Positions 1-8,550 of a stretch of 32,000 nucleotides of DNA are shown here, in pieces. How positions within the stretch are numbered: the first letter of the stretch is position 1; the number at the start of each line of letters is the position of its first letter. The notes under the pieces were generated by a model that was given only the letters and a program-made list of their open reading frames with translations, searched no databases and had not been told where the DNA came from. This DNA comes from Crocosphaera subtropica ATCC 51142 (GTDB lineage: Bacteria; Cyanobacteriota; Cyanobacteriia; Cyanobacteriales; Microcystaceae): contig NC_010546.1 in NCBI RefSeq assembly GCF_000017845.1, positions 2,730,001 to 2,762,000 on the forward strand. The letters are read 5' to 3'. A program made the translations under genes and the position numbers.

Positions 1-1
1 C

Positions 2-277
2 ATGATTACCATTCAATCTGGACAATGGACGCACATCTATTGTCATTTGATGGGAACGGTAGAAGATAGTTCCCAAGGCCGCTATTTTGTCGATAGGGAA
101 GGGGGACTGGTTCTGTGGTTGGGTCAAGATGTTCCTGCTGGTGCGAGAATTGGTCGCGTCGGTATGACAGGACGAACCACAGGGCCTCATCTTCATTGGG
201 GGTTAAAGTATGGGGGAGAATATCTCGATCCTGCTTTAGTTTTACAAGAGATGTATGGGGGTCAAGCTTCTTCGTAG
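2..277 (+). CDS. M23 (LytM-type) metallopeptidase, C-terminal fragment; the 5' end lies outside the window
   Basis: The frame is open from the window edge. The translation carries GRVGMTGRTTGPHLHWGL...YLDP, the HxH metal-binding block typical of peptidase family M23. A hairpin plus T-tract follows. Confidence 0.75.
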   Translation: MITIQSGQWTHIYCHLMGTVEDSSQGRYFVDREGGLVLWLGQDVPAGARIGRVGMTGRTTGPHLHWGLKYGGEYLDPALVLQEMYGGQASS

Positions 278-311
278 CAATAGAACTAATTTACTCTATA
301 TTTCGACTGAT

Positions 312-344
312 ATCACATAATGGTAACTTTATGTGATTTTTTTT
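312..344 (+). terminator. Rho-independent terminator downstream of the M23 peptidase gene
   Basis: A 9-bp perfect stem, atcacataa (312-320) / ttatgtgat (329-337), with an 8-nt loop and a T-run at 338-344. Confidence 0.7.
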
Positions 345-404
345 ACATATTTTTACAGTAAGAATTGTTAACATAAAAAAAAGTGAAAAGAATGGTGAAT
401 TAAT

Positions 405-878
405 ATGAGTTTAAAAGAAGGAATATCGCTACAAACACTTGAAGCTATACAAGAGGGGACAGCGCAATTTTATACGCCACAGTCCAGTGATGAAACGATG
501 TTAGTGCAGGTTCCTCGTCATAGTGTTAGTGACTTGTTTGTGCATCATTTTCAAACGGATCAATTATTAGTAGTTAAAGGGAGTTTTATATTAGTTGCTC
601 TCTATAACAAGCAATATCATTATTATCCTTTAAGTGAGGATAAACCTGAAGTGATTACTATTCCTCCTGGTATTCCTCATAGTGCCATCAATGTGAGTTT
701 GCAAGACTGTGTAATGGTTAATGCTGTTTTACGTCATGGAGAGTCCCATCCTTTAGATTATCGACCCATGAAACCCCCTTTTCCTTATGATTTTGAAACA
801 ATTAATACTATGTTAGAAACCTTGGAACAGGTGAAGCTTGATAAGAAGAATAACCCCCTAGTAGTAGAAGCATCCTAG
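405..878 (+). CDS. Small cupin-fold protein (RmlC-like cupin), function unknown
   Basis: 157-aa ORF with an ATG start. It has a beta-rich core with HHF...VVKG...IPPGIPHSAIN, resembling the two cupin motifs. No closer assignment is possible by eye. Confidence 0.45.
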   Translation: MSLKEGISLQTLEAIQEGTAQFYTPQSSDETMLVQVPRHSVSDLFVHHFQTDQLLVVKGSFILVALYNKQYHYYPLSEDKPEVITIPPGIPHSAINVSLQDCVMVNAVLRHGESHPLDYRPMKPPFPYDFETINTMLETLEQVKLDKKNNPLVVEAS

Positions 879-961
879 AGGTTGATTTTAAAAGATTTTT
901 AGTGAACAAACATTAATATAGCAATTCCCATATTTGTGAGGTACAAAGTTTTCTAGTTTTG

Positions 962-986
962 GGAGTCAGGAGTCAGGAGTCAGCAG
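962..986. repeat. STRR-like tandem heptanucleotide repeat (ggagtca x3, then gcag)
   Basis: A direct read of gggagtcaggagtcaggagtcagcag in the intergenic region. Short tandem heptamers are typical of cyanobacterial intergenic DNA. Confidence 0.7.
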
Positions 987-1035
987 TTGAATTTTAGGTG
1001 TACCTTATGAGTTCGGGAAACGCTATATAAAAAGT

Positions 1036-1061
1036 TAGGGACAACAAAAAAATTGTCCCTA
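1036..1061 (-). terminator. Rho-independent terminator of the carotenoid oxygenase gene
   Basis: A 9-bp perfect stem, tagggacaa (1036-1044) / ttgtcccta (1053-1061). On the minus strand it is followed by ACTTTTTAT. It lies 8 nt past the stop codon at 1069-1071. Confidence 0.7.
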
Positions 1062-1068
1062 GTCTACA

Positions 1069-2553
1069 TTATATAAAAACCTCAGATGTCCAGTTTCCGT
1101 GGAGTCCGTAAGGAATATGATGTTTCAGATGTAGAGTGGCGATCGCTTCTTTCTCTATATTCTCCCCATCTAAAATAACGATATCAGAACGATGTTTATC
1201 ACCGTCATAAACCATCACTAAAATCCATCCTTCGTCTTCATTAGTTGCATTAGGTTTAGGGACAAAAATAGGTTCTCCAACATAACCTTGTGGGGCGAAA
1301 GAATGTAACTGTTTTTTTCCTGTTAATAAGTCTAATTTTAGGATAGCTTGTAACGGTGCATTTCCTTGCTCTTTATGTGCTGTTCCGATGAATAAATAAC
1401 GATAGTTTTTCCCGACATAATTGGGATTAATATCGGAAAATTCACAACAACGACTTTCGAGCATTTTTTTGTCAACCGTTTCCCTATCTAGATCAATTTT
1501 AAACCGCCAGATTTGTCCAGGATCTAAACTTTCAAAATCAGTTTCTTTGTAGTCAGTATCAGGTTTAACTTGAGGAAGAGAATCATAACAAATTGAATCT
1601 AAGTAAATATTATTATCTTTTTCAAAAGCATTAATATGATGAAAAACAAACCCTGCATTTGTTTCTAATATTTTCATTTTTTCATCCGTTGAAGTTCGGG
1701 GAATAACAATCAATTTACTGTTTTTTTGAGGATGAAAGTTGACACATTCTCCAGCACCTTTAAAGCCTAAAATATAGGGCAAAGGATTAAAAGTAACAGG
1801 GTTTTGTAAGAAGAGACAATAATGAGGGGTAATAGCAAAATCATGGATAAAAGAAAACCCAGGAACTGTATGGGAATGACGACGTAATAAGCAACCATCT
1901 GGACCAAATTCATAGATAGTAATTTTACTGGAAAGTCCTGGTTTAATGGAGAAATTAACTAAGCAAGGTTGACCGTTATCAAACTCAGAAGCAGGATCAA
2001 AACGAGGGTGTGCAGAAATAGAATCCCCTGGGTTTAGTACACCCTCTAAATAATCTATTCCTACAGTTTCTAATGTTTTAGGATCAAGTCGATAGGGTTC
2101 GGCTGCTTCCCAAAGTGCTAGTAATTTTTTACCCCAATAAATGACATTAGTATTGGCGATATTCTTAATATTAGTATCAAATAAGTTATTAATCCATCCG
2201 CCAGGTTTCTGTGTGCCAAACACCCCCCGATAGATCATTTTTCCTGCATTTTGTTCTTGCACATAGCCTTCTGTACGAACAAAACGGTTACGAAAATGGA
2301 CTTTTCCATTGGGTAAAAAAGAAATAGCGCAAATCATACCATCACCGTCGAAAGGATGTTTTAATGGATTTCCTTGCACCTCTAATAAACCAGGTCCGTT
2401 TCTAAATAAAGTTCCTTGTAATTGTTCAGGAATTTTACCTTCTATAGCTTCAATAAAATAGTCATATTCGTTAGGTTGAGACTGATAACCTTGTCGCCAT
2501 TGTTGACGATCATAGGATAAGATTTGCTTTCCTTGGCTCATTAAATTGGTCAT
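1069..2553 (-). CDS. Carotenoid cleavage oxygenase (RPE65/CCD family; apocarotenoid oxygenase-like)
   Basis: 494 aa. The four His iron-ligand blocks of the family are visible: SAHPRFDP, SFIHDFAITPHY, FVFHHINAFE and HHIPYGLHGNW. The FDGDGMI block is also present. Confidence 0.9.
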   Translation of the reverse strand: MTNLMSQGKQILSYDRQQWRQGYQSQPNEYDYFIEAIEGKIPEQLQGTLFRNGPGLLEVQGNPLKHPFDGDGMICAISFLPNGKVHFRNRFVRTEGYVQEQNAGKMIYRGVFGTQKPGGWINNLFDTNIKNIANTNVIYWGKKLLALWEAAEPYRLDPKTLETVGIDYLEGVLNPGDSISAHPRFDPASEFDNGQPCLVNFSIKPGLSSKITIYEFGPDGCLLRRHSHTVPGFSFIHDFAITPHYCLFLQNPVTFNPLPYILGFKGAGECVNFHPQKNSKLIVIPRTSTDEKMKILETNAGFVFHHINAFEKDNNIYLDSICYDSLPQVKPDTDYKETDFESLDPGQIWRFKIDLDRETVDKKMLESRCCEFSDINPNYVGKNYRYLFIGTAHKEQGNAPLQAILKLDLLTGKKQLHSFAPQGYVGEPIFVPKPNATNEDEGWILVMVYDGDKHRSDIVILDGENIEKEAIATLHLKHHIPYGLHGNWTSEVFI

Positions 2554-2577
2554 GGCGATTGATCCTTTTAACAGGGT

Positions 2578-4032
2578 TTATTTATTATTATTAGTAACAA
2601 ATTCGGGTAAAACTTCAGGCATCATACCCTCATCAGGAACTGTTCCCAAAGCATGGTGTTCGTAAGCTTCACCCATATATTTCAGGTTTTTGTCTTCCTC
2701 TTTCTCTTGACATTGAGGATCGCTATTAGGCAACCACTTTACCAATGGTAACGGTAATAAAGTCGAGAGGTTGGTGATAATAACCAGTAACCAGAGATTA
2801 TCAAAATTAGTTTCTGTTACTCCTAACCAGTGGGTGATCAATGCGCCTAATTCATGGGATAATAAACCAGCCAAATTAACAATTGACATTAACAAAGCAA
2901 ACAGGGTGGCTTCGATACCTTTAGGACATAATCTAGCCGATAAAACTAAGATGGGTAAAAAAGCAATTTGACCGGCTACTGTTAAAATCAAACTGTCCCC
3001 TAAACTAAACCAATGATCGTCAATTCCTAACATTCGGTTAGTATGGGTCACTAATAACAACATGGTCATACCCAAAGCAGCAGAAATTACTACACTCCAA
3101 CCTAAGATATTTCTAAAAGAAACATTTTTAAGAAACTTTTGATAAAGAAATACTCCTAATAATGAAGCAATGCTAGTCACTAGACGAACTCGCCCTAAAA
3201 ATTCTGGTGCAAACCCTAATTGATTAGTAGTAAAATAGAAAAAAGCAGAGTCAGCATGAGGGGTTGCTTGCCACAGAAAAACAAAGATAGTCGGTAATAA
3301 AATAGATTTCTGTTTAATAGCTTGCCACACCTGTTTAATTTGCTGCTTAATTAAAGATTGTTCTTGGTGAGAAACTAACTCATCTTGACTAATTGGTTCT
3401 TCTGTAATAAACCAAGCAGCTATACAAACAATAAACGGAAAAATAGCAGTAATTTCAAACACCGTTTGGTTACTAAATTGTTCTAATAACCAACCACTTA
3501 AATAAGCTGTAATTAACCCCCCAAACGCAGACATTCCCCATGTTAAAGATTGTAACGAGCCAGCCTGTCCTAAAGACTCTTTTCTAGCCCTTTCCACTAC
3601 CAACGAGTCAACAATCACATCACTAATGGCCACAGAAATAGAGGTTAACAAAAGAGTAAGACTAGCTAACCAAGCATTCGTTACCACTGTAGCTAACAAG
3701 ATCCAAGATAAACTACCTAATAGTCCCGAAATCACCAGATAAGGACGACGACGGTAGCCCAATATAGGCAAACCGTCCGAAATAAAGCCAAACAGGGGTT
3801 TGATCACCCAAGGAATGGCAGCAATACCCGTTAACGCACCCATTTGGGCAGGGGTTAACCCTAAATCATCCTTAAGGAAGAAACTCACCGCTAAACGGGC
3901 TAAACCTAAGATTCCTTGAACAAAATAAACGCTTAGGATGGCAAATAGTTCAGCACTAGGTTTATTACCGAATAATACCGTCTCTTTGAACGTCTTTTTG
4001 ATTTGTCTGAGAGGGGAAAGGGTGGCACTCAT
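2578..4032 (-). CDS. Folate/biopterin transporter family (BT1) MFS-type membrane protein
   Basis: 484 aa and polytopic (about 12 hydrophobic segments). The N-terminal block LGLARLAVSFFLKDDLGLTPAQ...IPWVIKPLFGFISD is characteristic of BT1 transporters. Confidence 0.8.
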   Translation of the reverse strand: MSATLSPLRQIKKTFKETVLFGNKPSAELFAILSVYFVQGILGLARLAVSFFLKDDLGLTPAQMGALTGIAAIPWVIKPLFGFISDGLPILGYRRRPYLVISGLLGSLSWILLATVVTNAWLASLTLLLTSISVAISDVIVDSLVVERARKESLGQAGSLQSLTWGMSAFGGLITAYLSGWLLEQFSNQTVFEITAIFPFIVCIAAWFITEEPISQDELVSHQEQSLIKQQIKQVWQAIKQKSILLPTIFVFLWQATPHADSAFFYFTTNQLGFAPEFLGRVRLVTSIASLLGVFLYQKFLKNVSFRNILGWSVVISAALGMTMLLLVTHTNRMLGIDDHWFSLGDSLILTVAGQIAFLPILVLSARLCPKGIEATLFALLMSIVNLAGLLSHELGALITHWLGVTETNFDNLWLLVIITNLSTLLPLPLVKWLPNSDPQCQEKEEDKNLKYMGEAYEHHALGTVPDEGMMPEVLPEFVTNNNK

Positions 4033-4264
4033 GAAGATAAGTAAAGTTTTGTGACTTTATCTATCATAAGCAATTATTCAGTATTAATGTTTACTGATCA
4101 GAGGCTTCCTAGCCCTAAGTATTATTACTTGTTTTGCATAAACAAATCCCACACCGTTATTCCCTAGCGGTCACTGTTCACCATTGAGTAAAATCTGTTA
4201 ATATAATGATCCACGCCCCTCAAAAAAATCGTGCGTTTGATTAGGTTAATTAATACCAACGCCT

Positions 4265-5437
4265 ATGCTAAATCCTAATTTAGAAGCAATAGAACTCAAT
4301 AAAGAAGAGATTGAAAGATACTCTCGCCACATTATCTTGCCAGAAGTGGGGCTAGACGGTCAAAAACGGTTAAAATCTGCCAGTGTTCTTTGTATCGGAA
4401 CTGGAGGCTTAGGATCTCCCCTTTTACTTTACCTGGCTGCTGCTGGTATTGGACGCATTGGGATTGTTGATTTTGATATTGTCGACAGTTCTAACTTACA
4501 GCGTCAGATCATTCATGGCACTTCTTGGGTGGGTAAACCGAAGATTCAATCAGCAAAGGATCGCATTTTAGAGATTAACCCGGCTTGTCAGGTGGATTTA
4601 TACGAAACGCGTCTGTCTTCGGAAAATGCTCTCAAGCTGATGGAACCTTATGACGTGATCGTAGACGGGACTGATAACTTCCCCACTCGTTACCTCACCA
4701 ATGATGCTTGTGTGTTGTTAAATAAACCCAACGTTTATGGGTCAATTTTCCGCTTTGAAGGCCAAGCAACCGTATTTAACTACGAAGGGGGTCCTAACTA
4801 CCGTGACCTATATCCCGAACCTCCCCCACCTGGAATGGTTCCCTCCTGTGCAGAAGGAGGTGTTTTAGGGGTATTACCTGGCATTATTGGCACTATTCAA
4901 GCTACTGAAACCATTAAAATTATTTTAGGGGCGAAAAATACCCTCAGTGGCCGTTTATTGTTGTACAATGCCTGGGATATGAGCTTTCGGGAACTGAAGC
5001 TACGACCGAACCCAGAACGACCTGTGATTGAACAATTGGTTGATTATGAGCAGTTTTGTGGCATTCCTCAGGCTCAAGCCGCCGAAACGGAAGAAAAAGC
5101 AGCCATTCCTGAAATTAGCGTCACTGATCTCAAAGAGTTAATGGATCACGGGGCTGATGCGTTTGTATTAATTGATGTGCGTAACGTCAATGAATATGAA
5201 ATTGCCCGTATTCCTGGTTCTGTGTTAGTTCCCCTCCCGGATATCGAACAAGGTTCAGGGGTACAAAAAGTCAAAGAATTAGCTAAAGATCATCGTGTTA
5301 TTGCTCATTGTAAAATGGGAGGGCGATCAGCCAAAGCTTTAAAAATTCTGCAAGATGCTGGAATTAATGGAACCAATGTTAAAGGTGGTATCACTGCTTG
5401 GAGTCAAGAAGTTGATCCCGATGTTCCTCAATACTAA
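4265..5437 (+). CDS. moeB: Molybdopterin-synthase adenylyltransferase MoeB (ThiF/MoeB/HesA family) with a C-terminal rhodanese domain
   Basis: YSRHIILPEVGLDGQKRLKSASVLCIGTGGLGSP is the nucleotide-binding block. The C-terminal rhodanese active-site loop is HCKMGGRS. Confidence 0.9.
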   Translation: MLNPNLEAIELNKEEIERYSRHIILPEVGLDGQKRLKSASVLCIGTGGLGSPLLLYLAAAGIGRIGIVDFDIVDSSNLQRQIIHGTSWVGKPKIQSAKDRILEINPACQVDLYETRLSSENALKLMEPYDVIVDGTDNFPTRYLTNDACVLLNKPNVYGSIFRFEGQATVFNYEGGPNYRDLYPEPPPPGMVPSCAEGGVLGVLPGIIGTIQATETIKIILGAKNTLSGRLLLYNAWDMSFRELKLRPNPERPVIEQLVDYEQFCGIPQAQAAETEEKAAIPEISVTDLKELMDHGADAFVLIDVRNVNEYEIARIPGSVLVPLPDIEQGSGVQKVKELAKDHRVIAHCKMGGRSAKALKILQDAGINGTNVKGGITAWSQEVDPDVPQY

Positions 5438-5464
5438 ACTTTGATTTGTTTCCGTCATGATAAA

Positions 5465-5497
5465 CCTACTTCTACTATTTTAGAAGTGGGTTTTTTT
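5465..5497 (+). terminator. Rho-independent terminator after moeB
   Basis: Stem cctacttcta / tagaagtggg (10 bp, one G-U pair), a 6-nt loop, then a T7 run at 5491-5497. Confidence 0.75.
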
Positions 5498-5692
5498 ACT
5501 GATCAGTGAATAGTAGCCGATTATCAGTTATCATACCAAATCCGCAAACAAAAACCGACTTATAGATTTCTCTCTCCCTATTAAATGTTTTAAAAATAAA
5601 ATAGAACTAGATAAATAAGATAAGTAAAAATAATCTTTGACAAATATTCTAAGATAAATGAGATCGCAAACTATCTTCAGCATTTTTACCTT

Positions 5693-6478
5693 ATGGGAAA
5701 AGAACCATTAATTGAACTCAGAGGGGTTTCTAAATCCTTTGGAAATCAGATTATTTTAGACGAAATTGACCTTACCGTTTATCGAGGAGAAGCCTTAGTT
5801 ATTATTGGACCATCAGGTACAGGAAAATCGACTATTTTGCGACTAATCGCTGGATTATTACCCCTTGATGCCGGAGAAATTTATATCAAAGGAAAACGAC
5901 GTAAAGGCATCATCGAAGACGGCCATCAACCTATGCGGATCGCCTTCGTCTTCCAACAAGCAGCCCTATTCGACTCCCTCACCGTTGACGGTAATGTAGG
6001 CTTTTTCCTCTACGAACATTCTAAACTGCCTCGTCCGAGGATTCGGGAATTAGTCGAAGCCAAACTCGCTATGGTGGGTTTACAGGGAATGAGCGATCGC
6101 TACCCCTCCCAACTCTCAGGGGGTATGAGAAAACGAGTCAGTTTTGCCCGCGCCCTCATTGCCAACCCAGACGATCCCCTAGACGACCCCGAAATTGTCC
6201 TCTACGACGAACCCACCGCCGGCCTTGACCCTATTTCCTCCACCGTCATCGAAGACCTAGTCAGACGTTTACAAAAAGCCCCAGGAGGCTGTGACACTTA
6301 CGTCATGGTATCTCACCAAGATAGTACCATTCGGCGCACCGCCGATCGCGTTATTTTTCTCTACGGAGGCAAAATTCAATGGGAAGGAAAGGTTCATGAA
6401 ATTGATCGAACCGCTAACCCCATTGTCCGACAGTTCTTTAATGCCAGTGTCAAAGGCCCCATTAAAGTCATTGATTAA
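5693..6478 (+). CDS. ABC transporter ATP-binding protein, MlaF/TGD3-like
   Basis: Walker A GPSGTGKST, signature LSGGMRKRVSFARAL and Walker B LYDEPTAGLD. It sits immediately upstream of an MlaD-domain gene. Confidence 0.85.
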   Translation: MGKEPLIELRGVSKSFGNQIILDEIDLTVYRGEALVIIGPSGTGKSTILRLIAGLLPLDAGEIYIKGKRRKGIIEDGHQPMRIAFVFQQAALFDSLTVDGNVGFFLYEHSKLPRPRIRELVEAKLAMVGLQGMSDRYPSQLSGGMRKRVSFARALIANPDDPLDDPEIVLYDEPTAGLDPISSTVIEDLVRRLQKAPGGCDTYVMVSHQDSTIRRTADRVIFLYGGKIQWEGKVHEIDRTANPIVRQFFNASVKGPIKVID

Positions 6479-6573
6479 CCATAATTGATCACTCCGAACT
6501 CCAATTGATTAAGTTATGGTAAGAGGGGAGTTAATGTACTTAATCCCAAAGAGAGACAGTGTGAGGCAAGACT

Positions 6574-7941
6574 ATGTTACGAATGCGAACCCTTCAAGAA
6601 GGCTCAGTAGGACTCTTTGCCCTGTTTGGGTTAATCATATTTGGGGGCTTAGTGGTTTGGCTACGGGGGGGTATTATCGGCCAAAAAACCTATCAATTTT
6701 TCGCTGAATTTAAAGATGTCAGTGGTTTACAAATCGGGGCCCCGGTTCGTTATCGAGGGGTTGCTGTGGGTAAAATTTTGGGACTACAACCCAGTAGTAA
6801 CGGGGTGACTGTTGCCGTTGAAATTTCTTCTGCTCAATTACGCATTCCCAAGGGTTCTAAAGTCCAGATTAATCGTTATGGTTTAATTGGGGAAGCGTCA
6901 GTGGATATTACCCCTTCACGGGAGCTATCTGAGGATGCCTTAAGCATTGATCCCACCAGTGAAGACTGTGAGCAAGCCGGGAAAATTCTCTGTAATAACG
7001 ATCAAGTGATGGGGCAAACAGGATCACAATTGGTTGAAGCCTTAACCCGTTTGAGTAATGCCTATAGCGATCCTGAATTTGTCGGTAATATGAACGCAGC
7101 CCTACAAAATGTCGCTAAAGCAGGGGGCAAAGTAGCTACCTTGTCTGAAGAAGTAACCAAATTATCAAAGGCGACACGGGGGGAAATTGGAGGCGTTAGT
7201 GATGTTCTCCGCAGTGCCGATCAAGCTGCTCAAGATGCGTCTCAATTAATGCGTAACGTGAATACAGTGGTGGCAGAAAATCGTACCGATCTCAATCGAA
7301 CCGTACGCAGTGCTGCTAATTTAATGAGTAATTTAGATGGATTAGTCTCAGAAAATAGAGGCAACATTGTTAATACCTTAGACAGCATCGAACGAACTAG
7401 CGATCAAGTGCGTTTATTAGCGTTGAACTTTAACACCACTGTAGATCGAGTTAATGAAGGGATCGATGAAATTGATATGGCAAAATTAGCCAATGATCTC
7501 GAAACGTTGATGAGCAATGCAGCCCAAACCTCAGAAAATTTACAAAATTTATCTCAATCTCTCAATGATCCTGAAGTGCTTCTCACGATTCAGAAAACCT
7601 TAGATTCTGCCCGTGTTACCTTTGAAAATACCCAAAAAATCACCTCTGATGTGGAAGAATTAACCGGCGATCCCACTTTTAGAAATAATATTCGTAAATT
7701 AATCGATGGACTGAGTAATTTAGTGGCTTATACTGAACAATTAGAACAACAAATTTATGTCGGACAAGTGATTGAATCTGTCACTGAACAAGTTGAATAT
7801 AGCTTGCTTTCACAACAGAATTTAAAATCATTTTATTCTGAGAAAAAAGACCCCTCTAGATTACCAAAACGACTTTCAACTATTAAGAAAACAAGGGAAA
7901 AAGTAACCTCGAATCAGGTTGAAAATAATGAAAACAAATAA
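6574..7941 (+). CDS. MlaD/MCE-domain protein (TGD2-like) with a long helical C-terminal extension
   Basis: An N-terminal TM helix (VGLFALFGLIIFGGLVVWL) is followed by the MCE block FAEFKDVSGLQIGAPVRYRGVAVGKI. About 300 aa of N/Q/S/L-rich helical sequence follows. A GAGG Shine-Dalgarno sits 9 nt upstream of the ATG. Confidence 0.75.
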   Translation: MLRMRTLQEGSVGLFALFGLIIFGGLVVWLRGGIIGQKTYQFFAEFKDVSGLQIGAPVRYRGVAVGKILGLQPSSNGVTVAVEISSAQLRIPKGSKVQINRYGLIGEASVDITPSRELSEDALSIDPTSEDCEQAGKILCNNDQVMGQTGSQLVEALTRLSNAYSDPEFVGNMNAALQNVAKAGGKVATLSEEVTKLSKATRGEIGGVSDVLRSADQAAQDASQLMRNVNTVVAENRTDLNRTVRSAANLMSNLDGLVSENRGNIVNTLDSIERTSDQVRLLALNFNTTVDRVNEGIDEIDMAKLANDLETLMSNAAQTSENLQNLSQSLNDPEVLLTIQKTLDSARVTFENTQKITSDVEELTGDPTFRNNIRKLIDGLSNLVAYTEQLEQQIYVGQVIESVTEQVEYSLLSQQNLKSFYSEKKDPSRLPKRLSTIKKTREKVTSNQVENNENK

Positions 7942-7983
7942 AAGTAATCGATGAGTCATTAAGCGGATTTTATATAAAAAATT

Positions 7984-8023
7984 CTAACTCCGTTGCATAG
8001 CACGACGTAGTCGCACTCCGAAC
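7984..8023 (+). repeat. Repeat A, copy 1 (40 nt); the inverted partner is at 16317-16356
   Basis: ctaactccgttgcatagcacgacgtagtcgcactccgaac matches the reverse complement of 16317-16356 at 38 of 40 positions. Confidence 0.85.
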
Positions 8024-8162
8024 TCACGTTACTATAGCAGCGATCGCTACTATGGTGATACGCACAAGGCAAGAGGCAGGAGCAAGTTTTTACATTTCAT
8101 TGATAAACACTATATAATTTTGTAACCAGCCTTACCTCCACTGTTGCATGAAGACTACCGAA

Positions 8163-8291
8163 GATTATCAGTAGTCGGACATAACTAAAAGAACCTATAT
8201 AAATGTTTGTAAACGAAGCTTGAACCCTACTCCTGTCTCCTGCCCCCTGCTTCATCTCAACTGTAACGTTTATTTTTGTCTAGGTACTTAG
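8163..8291 (+). repeat. Repeat B, copy 1 (MITE-like, about 129 nt); the inverted partner is at 11769-11887
   Basis: The termini gattatcagtagtcggacataa... and ...acgtttatttttgtctaggtacttag recur in reverse complement at 11769-11887. The middle section is diverged and G/A-rich (gcagggggcaggagacaggag-like). No ORF is present. Confidence 0.75.
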
Positions 8292-8550
8292 CTTTAGTAT
8301 GTCAATGCTTTTGCGTGTAAACTTTAACTTATACATGAAGTTATACATTACGATAACACTACTATTTTGATTATGGCTTTAAATGAGAATAGAGACATTT
8401 GACTCATTTGAATTCATTAAATCGACTCTAGTATTAATTAAAAGTTTCCTAACTATAGATAAATTCTTCCTGATGTTAAGTTTATGTTAACAATTGAAAA
8501 CAAGGCATCTGAAAGACCATTTATGTTCATCATTAGACGATTCCAAAAAA

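Noticed and set aside
115-336. Alternative-frame and antisense track ORFs at 115-336, 2771-2971, 6291-6488, 6516-6707, 13048-13245, 13372-13554, 16745-16999, 17644-17826, 22024-22233, 24322-24639, 25867-26052, 28776-28976 and 31191-31427
   Set aside because: Each overlaps a longer ORF that has clear family motifs. Their translations are low-complexity or motif-free, and some run across terminators or intergenic repeats.
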